64,000 nt of DNA, taken from positions 335,544,001-335,608,000 of the forward strand of contig OZ024741.1 in assembly GCA_964016885.1 (NCBI GenBank). The letters run 5' to 3'. This DNA comes from Eledone cirrhosa. Taxonomy: Eukaryota. The position numbers and the translations under genes are program-made. Shown here one piece after another: positions 38,076 to 53,638 of this stretch; position 1 is the first letter of the stretch; each line of letters starts with the position of its first letter. The notes beneath the pieces were generated by a model. It had not been told where the DNA came from, made no database searches, and was given only the letters and a program-made list of their open reading frames with translations.

Positions 38076-38258
38076 ATAATTGTTTCTACTTTAGGCACAA
38101 GGCCAGCAATTACCAGTGCATTACTGGTACTTTATTTTATCGACCCCGTAAGGATGAAAGGCAAAGTCAACCTCGGCGGGATTTGAACTCAGATGGTAAA
38201 GGGACGTAACTATGCTGGAAAGCATGGCGTCCGACCCTCTACCGATACTGCCAATCCA
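38076..38258 (-). mobile_element. Young short-tailed SINE
   Basis: Close reverse-complement match to the copies at 6168, 39110, 43675, 51745 and 52136. Confidence 0.9.
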
Positions 38259-39109
38259 GATAATGCTAGATGGTTATATCTCTTGGCAGAGCTGAAATGT
38301 CACCACTTTTTTGGTGATGGGCTAGATTTCAACTGAGAATGTATAGAACCAGAATTAGATAGTGCAAGGCATCTCATCTGACTCTTAAATGATTTCATCA
38401 GTCCCACTGTCACTTTAAGTTCAAGTCTCTTCTAAGCCAAAGGCTGATCAGGTCGATGCTTATCTCTGGTTCCCTTGATGTTAATAGACTGAGAGTACAA
38501 GTCTCTCCCTGGATAAGACACCAGTCTATTGCAGGATTAACTCTCCAGCTACTGCTGGTAGTCACTCTCATCTGAGTGTACTGGAGCAATGTGAAATAAA
38601 GTGTTTTGCTCAAGGACACAATACAGCAGCCTATCCAGGAATCGAACTGACAACATTGTGATTGTAAGTCTATAATCCTAACCACTAAGCCATGTGGCTT
38701 CACACTGCTTCTTGACTGTTACTTTATTTATCAACCACAAAAGTGGGGAAAGGTAAAGTAAGCCTTGGCTGGATTGGAACTCAGAGCATAGAGAATTGGA
38801 ATAAATATTACAAAGCAACTCTGCCAGTTCACTGTTTAAGAAAAGAATCCATATAAAAAACAACTTTGGCTGAAAAGTTCATAGGCTGACCAAGATACTC
38901 TCATGGAATGACCTAAATAAGGTTCATTTTTCAACACAGTTCCTGGAAAGAAACAATGCAGAGTTATTAATAAGAAGAGTTGACATTTGCACATGCAAAA
39001 TTTCACAACTCTTATATCACACCTTTGTAGTCAGCTTATGAACTTTTCAGCCGACCCTCATATGTGTGTCATATAGAGTAAAACCCTGTAGACACTATTA
39101 CTGCAAAGG

Positions 39110-39270
39110 CCGGCGCCATGCTTTGAAGCATAGAGTTACATCCCTTTATGATCTGAGTTCAAATCCCGCCGAGGTTAACTTTGCCTTTCATCCTTACGGG
39201 GTCGATAAAATAAAGTACCAGTAATGCACTGGGTAATTGCTGGCCTTGTGCCAAAAGTAGAAACAATTAT
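39110..39270 (+). mobile_element. 5'-truncated young SINE with TSD
   Basis: Flanked on both sides by TATTACTGCAAAGG. Confidence 0.9.
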
Positions 39271-40899
39271 TACTGCAAAGGTTATTCATTTCCTGTGTGA
39301 TATTATTAGTATTATTATTTTCATATATATCATAGATAGATTATTCTGTGTTTCAAAGTTGAGTTCAAAATTAGTTAATACTCTAAAACATAATTGTTTA
39401 TGCATACACATGCTCACACTTACGCACTTTAAAGGACAGCCATCTATTTCAGATTAAAAAAACAAAACAAAAAAACAACAAAAAAAAAACAACAACAAGA
39501 CCCCTCAAAACCAAACCAAAAAAAGAACAACATATAGAAATAATGAGCTTATACTTGGAAGACTTGGAATATCTTAATTGCATTAAGATATTCTAGTGTC
39601 TGCAAGCGTAAACTCATAATTTGATGGCATCTTTCTTCGATTTCTGCCAAAGGAAAAGGTCTTTTGGCAAATTACTGCTTGATAAACTGGATGTGAACAA
39701 GGACATTTATGATGCTGTGTACCCTTTCTCTCTCTCTCTCACTTTCTTTTCAATTCAAGCTTTTTCCAACCATTACAGCAATTAAATGTATCATATGAAA
39801 AGCAATTTGTTTCTAGAAAATTTCAAAAATTTGAGAATTTTTATCCTATAGAAAGTGATTTTTGTTTTATTTTATTGGCTTATTTATTTTATTTTGATTT
39901 ATTTTATTTATTTATTTTATTTATTGCTAGCTAGTTTACTTAAATTATAGCTATTGTGATGAAGAATGAGCTGGAAGCTACTTTTGAGTTTGAGAGCAAA
40001 ATTTAAAATAAATAGTAAAAGTAATATGCGGAATTGATATACATCATATATACATACACATTTCAGACATACACACTTCACTACACACATTTCACACACA
40101 CACACACGCACTTCACTACACACATTTCACACACACACACACACCGTGTGTATACTTTGTAGTACTGAGATTTCCTGCTCACTTTATATAATTGCATTGA
40201 ACATAATTCATTACATACAACATTTAATTTTCATTTCAATTTGCTGATTAACTTATATTTTTTTATTTAAAAAAAAAAAAAGTCTGTTTATTGCATTAAA
40301 AAAAAATCAATAAAAAGAAAAACAAAAAAAATATATATATACATATCCATATATATGAAAAAAAAATTTTAAAAAGCAATCTTCCATCCTTTGGTAAAAA
40401 TCAATATTATTTTCTTCACAATGGTGAATATTGATTAAAAAGATGACTCAACTTTCTATATTTTCATTCCCAAGAGGACATGTATAGAGTCAGATGACAA
40501 TTTCATATTAAGTGAATTTTGAAGTCCTTCAGATATCACTGTTTGAAGCAATGAATGGAACTTTTTAATGACTTGTAGAGTATCTCTCTTGGGATGGAAT
40601 TCAACTTCAATTATTTTTTGCTTAGAGTTCATTTCTAAATATCAATAAGTGTTCAAGGAGAAAATATATATATTTTTAAAGAACATATATCATTTGAAAA
40701 AGATAGTTGAGAGGGAAAAATAATAATAATAAAAGAAAGCTTGATATATATATATACTTAAACACATTGATAAATTTTCTGTTAAAAATAAAGATAAAAA
40801 TTTTGCTGAAATTTAAATGATTCCTTCCATAGTTGAATTTAGTTGTGTGCTGCCAGAGTTGGTGGCAGGGGGTTTCCATTTCTTACAGTGAAACCTCTG

Positions 40900-41132
40900 C
40901 ACCCCACTCCCTAACCCAAGCTAGTTTGTGATTGGCTGCTGCAGATATTACTTACACACATCAGTTGTAGAACTGCAGAGAGCAGCTCTCTTTGATATTT
41001 ACACAAGCCAGACTAAGCTGTATAACACTGCCAGCATATGTATATAACAGTAGCAGTAACTATACAACTCTACAGCAGGATACACATCTCTTCTAACAAC
41101 TCATGTGAAAGGATTTAATAACACAAGTGAGT
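40900..41132 (+). promoter_or_regulatory. Candidate core promoter and non-coding first exon
   Basis: Unique sequence. Reverse CCAAT (ATTGG, 40931), Inr-like TCAGTT (40961-40966) and donor CAA|GTGAGT (intron from 41127), followed by (CT)n. Confidence 0.35.
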
Positions 41133-41137
41133 TACTG

Positions 41138-41215
<78 letters not shown>

Positions 41216-41997
41216 ATACTTTAGTTTCTAAACAAATATATTTAAAACAATTTTAATATGAGAATGATATTCATTCTCCTCAAACACTCTTCAAATGTTA
41301 ATTATATTTTCTAAGATTTCAACTTTAGTGTGTTAAAATGGGATTAATTATAACTACTTTTATTACATACAATAACAAGTTAAGGGCCGAAACACTTGCT
41401 TCAGTGTGTGGCGAGGTGGGATTCTTCTCTGAACACCTTGTACTGTCCAGCTCTCTGGAGAGTTTCTTACTACTTATAGTTAATGTTAATAAAAAACAAA
41501 CGTTTATAAAAAGTTCATAAGTTGACTGTAGTATATCAAATAATGTTTATTCACTACAAAATATTATTAAAAACCCTTTTAAAGTTAAATGAGGCTATTT
41601 AAGAATTAAAGAAATATTATAAATTTCAACTCTCTAACATCTAAATAGTTGTTTAAAGAAGTTTCTCATTTCTATTATATTTAATAGTCTCTTATTGGTT
41701 TCAGTGATTGGACCATGCACATGGTGGGGCATAGTTTCCATATAAATATATGTATAACAAGTGTCTATCAATTTGTTGTTTTATCTGAAATATCTATTAG
41801 AAAACTTAGTGAGATAGAATTAAAATACACACACACACATATATATAATCTCTCTTTTTCTCTCTCTCTATATATCTACCTACCTATCTATGCATATATA
41901 TATATATATTTTAAAAAATATGTCTGGTTTTTCTGATGATTGTTATTCCTTAATCACCAAGTGTTTTTCAGTGTATAGTTCTTATATACATACATAT

Positions 41998-42031
<34 letters not shown>

Positions 42032-42206
42032 TAGAACATTTGATCATTAAAGATTATAATAGCAATCAGAATAGTCATTCTTATCCTTTTTCAAATATAT
42101 CTAGTTGTACCAAAGACTTTCTTCATTTTCTACTATATATATATATATATAGGAACCAGTAAGACCCCGACAGCTGAGCTCAAGCCGTTTCGACGGCTAA
42201 TTCTGG

Positions 42207-42930
<724 letters not shown>

Positions 42931-43138
42931 CTCCATTATATATATATAAATGCAAGGGTAAGGTATTGACTAGACACACACACACATCTATATGTGTATA
43001 TATGTATATATACATGTATATGTGTATACATGTATATATATATATTATGTATATATATGATATTTATGCATGTATATGTGTATACATGTATGTGTGTATG
43101 TATATATATATGTATGTATACGTGTGTGTATGTGTATG

Positions 43139-43171
<33 letters not shown>

Positions 43172-44070
43172 AATATATAGTATAAAAGTTTGTTTTTTCT
43201 GTTTTCCCTTTTATCGAAACACTAAACTGGTTTAGTTCATCAGGTCTCTGCATCCTCTGTGATGTGATGTGATACAATGCGATATACCTCATAATTCAAA
43301 GTTATTTTGTCAGTCTACAGTTACTCAGGGTTTGAAGTTTATTAGTTTATTTTTAAATTAATCAGTTTTTGTCTTAATATTTCAATTTACGTGTTTGTTA
43401 CTTGGAAATAAGTTTGAAGAAAGTCCAGGGAATGTGATTAATCTCAGATCAGTGAATGTCTACACAATCAATACATACACACATATATATACATATTTGT
43501 GTGTGTGTGTATGTATATATATATATATATTACATACACATGCACACATGTGTATATCATGACTCATGCACTGTTCATTTTCCTGATGTTTGTACATTAC
43601 CCTATGTACTATACATACACTTTTGATGAGTTGCAGTGCACCTGAGCACTGTACACAATATTTTCATTATTATTGGTAGTATCGGTAGAGGGTCGGACGC
43701 CATGCTTTGACGCATAGAGTTACGGCCCTTGCCATTCTGAGTTCAAATCCCGTTGAGGTTAAATTTGACTTTCATCCTAACGGGGGGGGGGGGGTCGATA
43801 AAATAAAGTACCAGTAATACACTGGGATAATTGCTGGCCATGTGCCTATTGTAGAAACAATTATTATATATATATATATTTATATATATATATTTGTGTG
43901 TTTGTGTATGTCTATTATACATATATGTGTATGTATATCTATATATATGTGTGTGTATATCTGTGTGTATATATATATATATATGTATGTGTGTGTATTT
44001 ATATGTATGTATGTGTGTGTGTGTTTATGTATGTATGTGAAAATGTCTATGTGTGTATGTAATTATATAT

Positions 44071-44103
<33 letters not shown>

Positions 44104-44443
44104 CTATATCCAAAATTAAGATAAATCAAATGAATTTAATCTAAATCAAAATTATGGGTGTCATGCCAGAAAGACATGCGCCATATCACCCGCAAAATAA
44201 GCTCTAAGATTCTAACGAGTAGGTCCGAGCATTTTATAATAACTAGAAATTGATTAACATAAATAAACATGAATAATCACAGGAGATAATTTTTACAAGT
44301 GTGTAAGCACACATAGCTAGGTAGGTAACTAAATAAAGTTGACCAGAACTTCAAAAATAGATACCTTATAATATAATTAATCTTCCCTGTATATATTCCA
44401 TTAAAGAAATATATTTCACCAATTAATCGGATGGTAAACCACG

Positions 44444-44513
<70 letters not shown>

Positions 44514-45050
44514 GCAAACTGGCAATCATTAGAATGTCAGATAGAATTCTTTGCAATATTCATTTTGGCTCTCAGCACTCTCTGAGTTCAAATCTTGCTG
44601 AGATCAAGTTTGCCTTTCATCCTTCCAAGTTTGATAAGTTAAAGTACCCAGTCTAGTACTGGGGTTGATTCTTCCTTTATATCTCTTTCACACTTCCTTT
44701 CTATTACTCTCTATCCTTCTCTGGAAGAAATCTGCTGTATTCAGACTTGAAGAGGAGATGGCCTCTGTCAGGTTTAAACAAAAAGCCCAAGGAATGATGT
44801 AGGTCAGTACAGTGCCCCTACAACCCCCTTAGGAGTTATGGGTTCATACATACATGTATGTATGTATAAATATATATATCACGAGCACTCTATCTCAAAA
44901 TTATTTTTGAAAAACATAAGAAATGCGCAACCGGTAAAAACTTAAAACTAAAACTGAATACTAACTAATACTTATTACTAATTTATACTTATTCCTAAAT
45001 AAACTATTTTTTACTGGGAAAAATTTGTCAGCATTTTCTTTTCCTTTTTA

Positions 45051-45115
<65 letters not shown>

Positions 45116-45959
45116 TGTGTGTGTTGTGTGTGTAAAAAGTGTATATGTATATCTATATATGTATGCATATGTCTATATATATGTATGTGTTTATATATGT
45201 TATATGTATATCTATATATGTATGCATATGTCTAGATATATGTATGTATGTATGTGTTTATATATGTTATATGTATATCTATATATGTATGTGTATGTCT
45301 ATATATATATGTGTGTGTATATCTCTCCCTCACTCTCTCTCTCTATATATATATATAGCTGTGCATGTAAAAATATCTGTTTCTACTGTATATAACATAC
45401 AAATGTTTAGCTAGTTCACTTGAAACATATATTTATTTAGTTATTGATATGTCTGTGCCTGTATGTATATATGTGTGTGACAGTGAATGGTTTAGTGGTT
45501 AGGGTGTTTGGCTCATGATTTTAATGTCATGGGTTTAATTCCTGGAAGACTGTTGTCTCCGTGAGCAAGACTCTTTATGACTCTTTATGATCCACTTAGC
45601 TGGCAAAATGTGAGTTGTTTCTGTGTCAGGTTGAATCTCCCTGAGAACTAGATTATGGGTGTATGTGTCTGTGCAATGCTGAACCCCTTGCACCTTAATT
45701 TCATCAACAGGCTCTCCATTATTCCTAGAACTGGAAGGCACTGTCAGTATCAATGGAAGTACAAAACACACACATGCTTACATGTAGAAACACATAGATA
45801 CTCACAGATACATACATGCACACACATAGAAACACATATATACACATACAGATACATGCATACACATGTACACACAACAAATATTTCATGGTCATGGTCA
45901 TTTGCCCTACTAAAGCAAGGAGTTAACCTTGTGGACCACATTATAGACTTCACTCTCTC

Positions 45960-46800
45960 TCATCAATTGGTCCTTACTTTACTCGCACTCATTAAACTGG
46001 TCCTTATTTCATTCTCTCTTATCAAACGGCTCCTTACTTCACTATCACTCATCAATCTGGTCCTGACTTCACTCTCACTCATCAGTCGGCTCCTTACTTC
46101 ACTCTCACTCATCAAGCTGGTCCTTACTTCATTCTCTTTCATCAATCTGGTCTTTACTTCACTCTCACTCATCACTCGGGTCCTTACTTCACTTTCACTC
46201 ATCAATCAGGTCCTTATTTCACTCTCACTCATCAAGCTGGTACTTACTTCACTCTCACTCATCCAGCTGGTCCTTCACTCTCACTCATCAAGCTGGCCCT
46301 TACTTCACTCATCAATCCAGTCCTTACTTCACTCCCACTCATCAAGCTGGTCCTTACTTCACTCTCACTCATCAAGCTGGTCCTTACTTCATTCCCACTC
46401 ATCAAGCTGGTCCTTATTTCACTCCCACTCACCAAGCTGGTCCTTATTTCACTCCCACTCATCAAGCTGGTCCTTATTTCACTCCCACTCACCAAGCTGG
46501 TCCTTATTTCACTCCCACTCATCAAGTTGGTCCTCATTTCACTCCCACTCATCAAGCTGGTCCTCATTTCACTCACACTCATCAATAGGGTCTTTATTTC
46601 ACTCGCACTCTTGAATCTAGTCTTTACTTTACTCATGCTCATCATTCGGGTCCTTACTTCATTCTCACTCATCAAAGAGGTCCCTACTTCACTCACACTC
46701 ATCAAAGGAGTCCTTACATCACTTTTACTCATCAATTGGGTCCTTGCTTCACTCACACCCATCAATCTGGTCCTTACTTCACTCATACTCATGAATCTGG
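45960..46800. repeat. 30-bp minisatellite, about 28 units
   Basis: Consensus ATCAAGCTGGTCCTTACTTCACTCTCACTC, with shortened units near 46260-46310. Confidence 0.95.
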
Positions 46801-48536
46801 TTAGCTTTGTCACACCCACTGTGTGACACTGATTAACTTCACCACACATTATGTCACACTGAGTCAACATGTGAATCAAGGTAAATTACATGTGTTATCT
46901 GTGGAATACTCAGCCACTTGGTAGACTAAGTCAATGAGTAGGAGGTTTAGTTGATTGGAAAACTGACACATATATATTTTCTTTTCTTTGTCTTCTTTCA
47001 TCCTTTCTCTCTTCCCCTGCTTGTTTCCCTTCTATTTGTTGCTCCTGCTGTCACTTCTGCCACCCATTCTTTTGTTTACTATCGGCAGCCCAGGGTCATT
47101 AGGACATTTTTTGCGCTGCTCTCTGATCTCTCTGCCTATCTGTCTGTCCTATTTGTTTTATCACACACACATCATATCAGCAAAAATATTTATTTTTTGT
47201 GTTGCATGATCCAGTGTTTTAAAATGGTACTCTCAACTGAATTGTACGAAACCGTTTTGCTGGTTCGAGAGCTGATGAAGATGTGTGTGTGTGAACTTGT
47301 CTTGTACATCACCTTTCTTTATTTCCTTCTTCCAGTCACTTTTATGTGTCAATTTCACTTTTTCTTGTCCTACGCCTCTCACAATCTTTTCTATATTTCA
47401 TCTGCTTATCATTTACCACGTGGATTCTCTTTCTGCCAACCATAGGCTGCTGGTCTCTATCTTCTGAGGCATTTTTGCCCATCACTGTTATTAACAGCAT
47501 TTAGCTGTTTTAACATCTGTTCTTGTGATGAGTTTTGTTATTTTTCTATGAATTTAATATACTCTCACTTCGTCCCAACCAGAGACAACAATGTTTATTT
47601 ATTAGATATATATTGTTATATTTGGGGAGGGTCATATTGTTATAATATTGCCAGAAATAATAATAAAACACTCCTACTGTTTGGTTTGGAATGGTTTTTC
47701 ACTTCTGTATCTTTTATATCTCCATAGTTAATTTATCTGGCAATCAATGTTTATCAATGATTGACCAACAGTTAAAAATACAGATATATATATATATAGT
47801 CTATCAAACTTCTTTCGTCACACATCTGTATATGTATGTATATATGTATGTATGTGTATGTGTGTGTATATATATGTATATATGTATGGTGGGTTGCATA
47901 TTTTTTTTTGGAGTGTATGTGGTTCAGGGCGATGTAAGAATAGTAAGCTATAGGGAGTTGAGAGGAAGAAGCTAAAATATTATAAAATACAATAAACGAG
48001 ATAAAACGTATTTAAATAATGGTATACATTTTGGGTTTTATTTTTTTGTTTAGTTGAAGGTAGTAGATGTGTAGAAAGATGAACGTGTGAGACTGCAGTC
48101 CAAGTACACAGCGCATAAAGACAAGATCATGTAACACAGAACAAACAGAACAAACAGAACAAAATAACAAAAGTAGTCACTGAGAAGGTCACAGAATGTG
48201 TGGCGAAAGAACTTTGACAATCAGCAATTAAACAACCATTCAGTTATTAAACTAATCAACTGGGAAGTTATAATAATAAACTGAAGTGAAAACCACCAGG
48301 TGCATGTGTTTTATTGGAAGCATGACCCTCCCAAAGTATAACAATGTTTCCACACATTTTCATATCCAAAATCTTACACAACAAATACAGAAATGACGTA
48401 TATATATATATATAGAGGTAGAACCCTGGAAGGTAATATTCATAGTGGTAGAGCACTCACTCCATGGGACGAGTTTGGTAGAAGTGGTAACACAACAGTT
48501 AGTTCACCATTATCGTGAACTAACTGTTGTGTTACC

Positions 48537-48620
<84 letters not shown>

Positions 48621-48862
48621 AAAAATGACAAGCATAGAGATAGAAAAACAATTAGTTTTACGTTTTGGATGAAAGTGAAAAAATTGTTCAATGTATCAGA
48701 CATTAGTCCTTCATCAGGAATACCATAGTTCAGAGATAAAAAAATAAAAAGGGGACATGGTTTTTTTTTTGTGGGTATCAGTGTATATATTGATGGAATG
48801 ATCTATACATTATTTGTAATGGTTTCTAAGCGTGTCTGGTTTTATTAAAGCGTGTCTGGTTT

Positions 48863-48903
<41 letters not shown>

Positions 48904-49195
48904 CTGTGTGTGTGTGGTTAGTCTGTGCTTGTGTGTGTATATGAATATTTATAACGTTGTAAATATTTTAGTTCTATGTATGTTGATAAAACATTGGTCT
49001 GTTTGTCTTATGTTAATGCTAATAACATGAATATATCTGCCTGAACATGTATGTATCAATGTTTGCATGTAAGTGTATGTGTGTTAGTGAGTGTGCATGT
49101 GTATATGTAAATATAAATGTTAGAATCAGCATATACATACATGGAGACAATGAAGCAAATACATGTCTGTTTCTTGACACATATGCTTGTGTAAT

Positions 49196-49776
<581 letters not shown>

Positions 49777-50143
49777 TGGTGCTGATCTATCTGTATGTAT
49801 ATATATACACACACACACACACATATATATGATATACACAATAGAAGCACCCCCAGAACACTCTGTGAAGTGGTTGGTGTTAGGAAGGCCATCCAGCTGT
49901 AGAAAGCTTGCTAAGAAAGGGGTTAGGAGATCCCTTCAATTTGTGTCAAAAGCGATGATATGACAATTTCTAAGTGAGATACAGACTCCTTGGCCTATCC
50001 GGGAGGTCAGTAGCCCTGCTTTAGTACTAACTTGGTCTATGTAGACCCATCCAACCATTGTTAGCAGGGAAAGTGGACATTAAATGATATGTATGTATGT
50101 AACTTAATACCAGCGATCTTCCTTACTTTTATATTCTATATCC

Positions 50144-50189
<46 letters not shown>

Positions 50190-50198
<9 letters not shown>

Positions 50199-51000
50199 TT
50201 CTTCACTTTTCCCTTGACCCTCAAGAATTGTAGAGATATTTGAGGGTGGAGCAGTGACCTGCCTTCCTTCTGCCATAATTTTTTTAAATATAATCTGCCC
50301 AGATCTTCTCTATCCATGAACTGTTTTCTTCATAGTTGCCCATGTTAGATATATTGTTGTGTGGATGGTTTCTTGCTTATCTGTTCTTTATAGATGCCTA
50401 TGATTTTTTCTGTACCATTTCATCTCAAATGTCAGTATTTTCCTCTCAAATTCTGCTCTGAGTATCCAAATTTTACAAGCATATCAAAAAAGGGGAAGAA
50501 CACTAAAGCAGTTTAACTTTGGGATTAATGTTCCTGCCTTGCCATATTGGTCTTGCTAATACTACTGATTCTTAAGCTGCTTTTGAAAGGCTTTCCTGCA
50601 TTGACCCTTCTTCGCTGGACTAGGTATGTGAAGTGGTCAACCATCTCAAGCACCTGTCTCTTAGGAGTGATTCTGTTGTCGATCCTGCTGTGGCTATTTG
50701 TTGTAGCTTTAGTCATTGATGAATCTGAATTTGCTGATGTTACATCATCTAGTACCGATGGCGTTAATGTGTTTTTCAAGAGCTTTAGACATTATATATT
50801 CCAGGAATATATATGAGTGTTAGTAACACAGTGTAGGACCACTCTCCTATTTTATCTTGAACAAGAAATGTGCTGGCTGCTTTCTTATAGAGTTGGGCGA
50901 TGATTTCAGTCAGTTTTCTTTTTCCAATATTTCTTCATCGTGGCTCCATAATATCTGATGCCACACTCTGTCAAATACATTTTAGAAATTCATGAAGACA
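50190..51000 (-). mobile_element. Old, degenerate RTE LINE fragment
   Basis: Minus-strand remnants IFLEYIMSKALE, NISKFRFIND, LEMVDHFTYL and WILRAEFERKILTFEMKWYRKI. Confidence 0.7.
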
Positions 51001-53026
51001 CAGTATATCACCTGTTGGTGTTGATGTACATATACACTCACTCACACATATTTATGTATGTGTATGTATTTATGAATATATAAGCATATATGTATGAATA
51101 TATAAGCATATATGTATGAATGTATATGCATATATGTATGGATATGTATGTACATGAATATATATGGCTATATTTATTTATGTGTGTATATATATATATG
51201 TGTGTGTGTATATATATATATATACATAGACATACAAATTTGTATTCATGTATAGATGTATATGCAGGCAAGCAGGGGATAGCGGACGTAAAATGATGAT
51301 GATGATGATGATATATATAAACAGAAATTTACGATGAAGAAAACAAGACACTTATCAACAAATTTTCTTCCTTACAAGTTGTTTTCAGACAGAAAAAGGG
51401 TAGACTGAGATGCCTGTGGGATTCTACCTCCACACCTGTTATTTGCCAAAGGCCTACAATAGCAAAGTAACCTAATAGTTAATATAGGAATTGTGGCAAC
51501 TTTTCTCAATAAAAGCAAATAAATTTGAAATCTCCATACTTGTCCAGTTTCTTTGTTATAAATTTACCCAATTTATATGTAGAGGTGTGTCAATAGATGA
51601 ACATATCCTCACCTCTTCTATATTGACTTTCATAGAATTTTCTCTAACTTTAGTTCCTTCATTTATTACATCTGAATAGATATATCTCTCACTATACAAC
51701 GTTAATAAACACATATATATATATATATATTTTTTTTCCTTATATCATTCGGTAGAGAGTCGGACACCATGCTTTGAAGCATAGAGTTACGTTCCTTTAT
51801 GATCTGAGTTCAAATCCCGCCGAAGTTAACTTTACCTTTCATCCTTACGGGGTCGATAAAATAAAGTACCAGTAATGCACTGAGTAATTGCTGGCCTTGT
51901 GCCAAAAGTAGAAACAAATATTATTATGATTAATTTTTGTAAATTTCATACTCGTAGATGTTAAATGATATGGATATTTCAGTTAAGAAGTAGTCAACAA
52001 CAAATTGACAAAGGTCCCTCACTACATCCTCTCCTGTGTTTTACATAGACAAGGTGTTCCTTAAAATCCTTGCTGTACCAACCTTTTATCTTTATGGTCA
52101 ATAAAATAAACTACCAGTAAGGCACCAGGGTCGATATTGGCAGTATCGGAAGAGGGTCGGATGCCATGCTTTGCAGCATAGAGTTATGGCTCTTTATGAT
52201 CTGAGTTCAAATCCCGCCAAGCTTAACTTTGCCTTTCATCCTTACGGGGTCGATAAAATAAAGTACCAGTCACGTACTGGGGTCAATTTAATCGACTTTC
52301 CCCTCCCCCAAAATTGTTGACCATGTGCCTATATAATAAACCATTATTATTATTTGTTCTATTATGTCTATCCTTGCTAGTAATCAGTTAAACTCCTTTA
52401 TACTTATTTTCAGCTGAGTATACTGGAGCAATTCAAAATGAAGTGTTTTGCTCAAGAACACAACACACAAACCAATCCAGGAATTGAACCCATGACATTA
52501 TGATCATAAGTCCAACACCCCCTGTCACATGGCCACAGAGAAATCAAGTTGTGTGTGAGATTGTTCTACAGCTACATTCTCCCTGGTGTATTTGTACTGG
52601 ATGTGGCTTAATTTATAAGTCAGTTGGTGTCCTGTCAAGGCATATAAATAAATGGTGACACAACTTAGCTGGGGATGCCAGCAGACACACAGTTCAAATG
52701 TTATATCTGTGAGTAAATTTGCAGAACTGAGAAGCCTTTGCATGCACTTAGTCATGCATTGTGCAATTAAAAGATGGCACTCTTCTGACAAGAAGGAGCA
52801 ATCAGCATATATGAATATGTATATATGTATATGAAACATACATATGCACACTGGTGGGTCCCTAAAAGGGCACATCAAAGAGCATAATGAACCTCAAGAG
52901 GCTTCTACTGTTATATGGTGAGCATTGAACACCTGTCAACTGTGTGGAAAACACTAAGAGTCACTTGTAGGCTTAAAAAGCCATATTGTTTGATAACCAT
53001 ACTTGATCACAGGGTGGCTGCCATCA

Positions 53027-53062
<36 letters not shown>

Positions 53063-53076
53063 TGTATGTATGTATG

Positions 53077-53118
<42 letters not shown>

Positions 53119-53164
53119 TATATGTACACCACACCCTACCCCATCCTCCCTCTCCCGTTCCATC

Positions 53165-53410
53165 CACTGTGACGATGACACAACAGTCCACACTGTAAGG
53201 TGGCCATGTAGGAGACACGGTGAAAAGGCTCGCAGTTCACACTATAAAGGTGGTTGGTGTTAGGAAGGGCATCCAGCTGTAAAAAACCTGCCAGAGACGC
53301 TTCTGTGCAAGCGAGACATGGTCTTCTGACCATTCCTGCATCAACTGGAACAAAACCATCTAAACAACACTTGCGTGGAAGATGGACGTTAAACGATGAT
53401 GATGATGATA
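53165..53410 (+). mobile_element. RTE-type 3' UTR/tail copy ending in (GAT)n then TATATA
   Basis: GGTTGGTGTTAGGAAGGGCATCCAGCTGT...GGACGTTAAACGATGATGATGATGATATATA. Confidence 0.85.
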
Positions 53411-53607
53411 TATACCACTGTAAAGATGTCATCTTGGTGCCATAGAAACCGAGCCAGAAACAATTCTGTATGAACAAGACATGGTCATCTGAGCTGACTT
53501 CTCTCACCCTCTCCCTCTCTCTTTACCCCTCTCCCTCTCTCTCTCCCCCTCTCCCTATCTCTCCCTCCCCATCTCTCTCCCTCCACCTCTCTATAAATGC
53601 ATATATT

Positions 53608-53638
<31 letters not shown>

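Noticed and set aside
39624-39785. Short ORF beginning MASFFDFCQRKRSFGKLLLDKLD
   Set aside because: It has no convincing donor, runs into (CT)n, and is too short to support.
43215-43243. CGAAAC-stem-TCATCAG, hammerhead-like
   Set aside because: CTGATGA and GAAA lie on opposite strands, so the core cannot form.
45960-46800. Regular 24-45-bp arrays as possible CRISPR arrays (also 15110-15750 and 19034-19366)
   Set aside because: Units are contiguous with no unique spacers, there are no cas genes, and the context is eukaryotic.
47240-47290. GAAAC...GGTT...CTGATGA as a type II hammerhead
   Set aside because: Stems I and II cannot pair adequately.
52525-52990. 117-aa minus-strand ORF or possible old RT fragment
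   Set aside because: The resemblance to RT motifs is too faint to call without a profile search.
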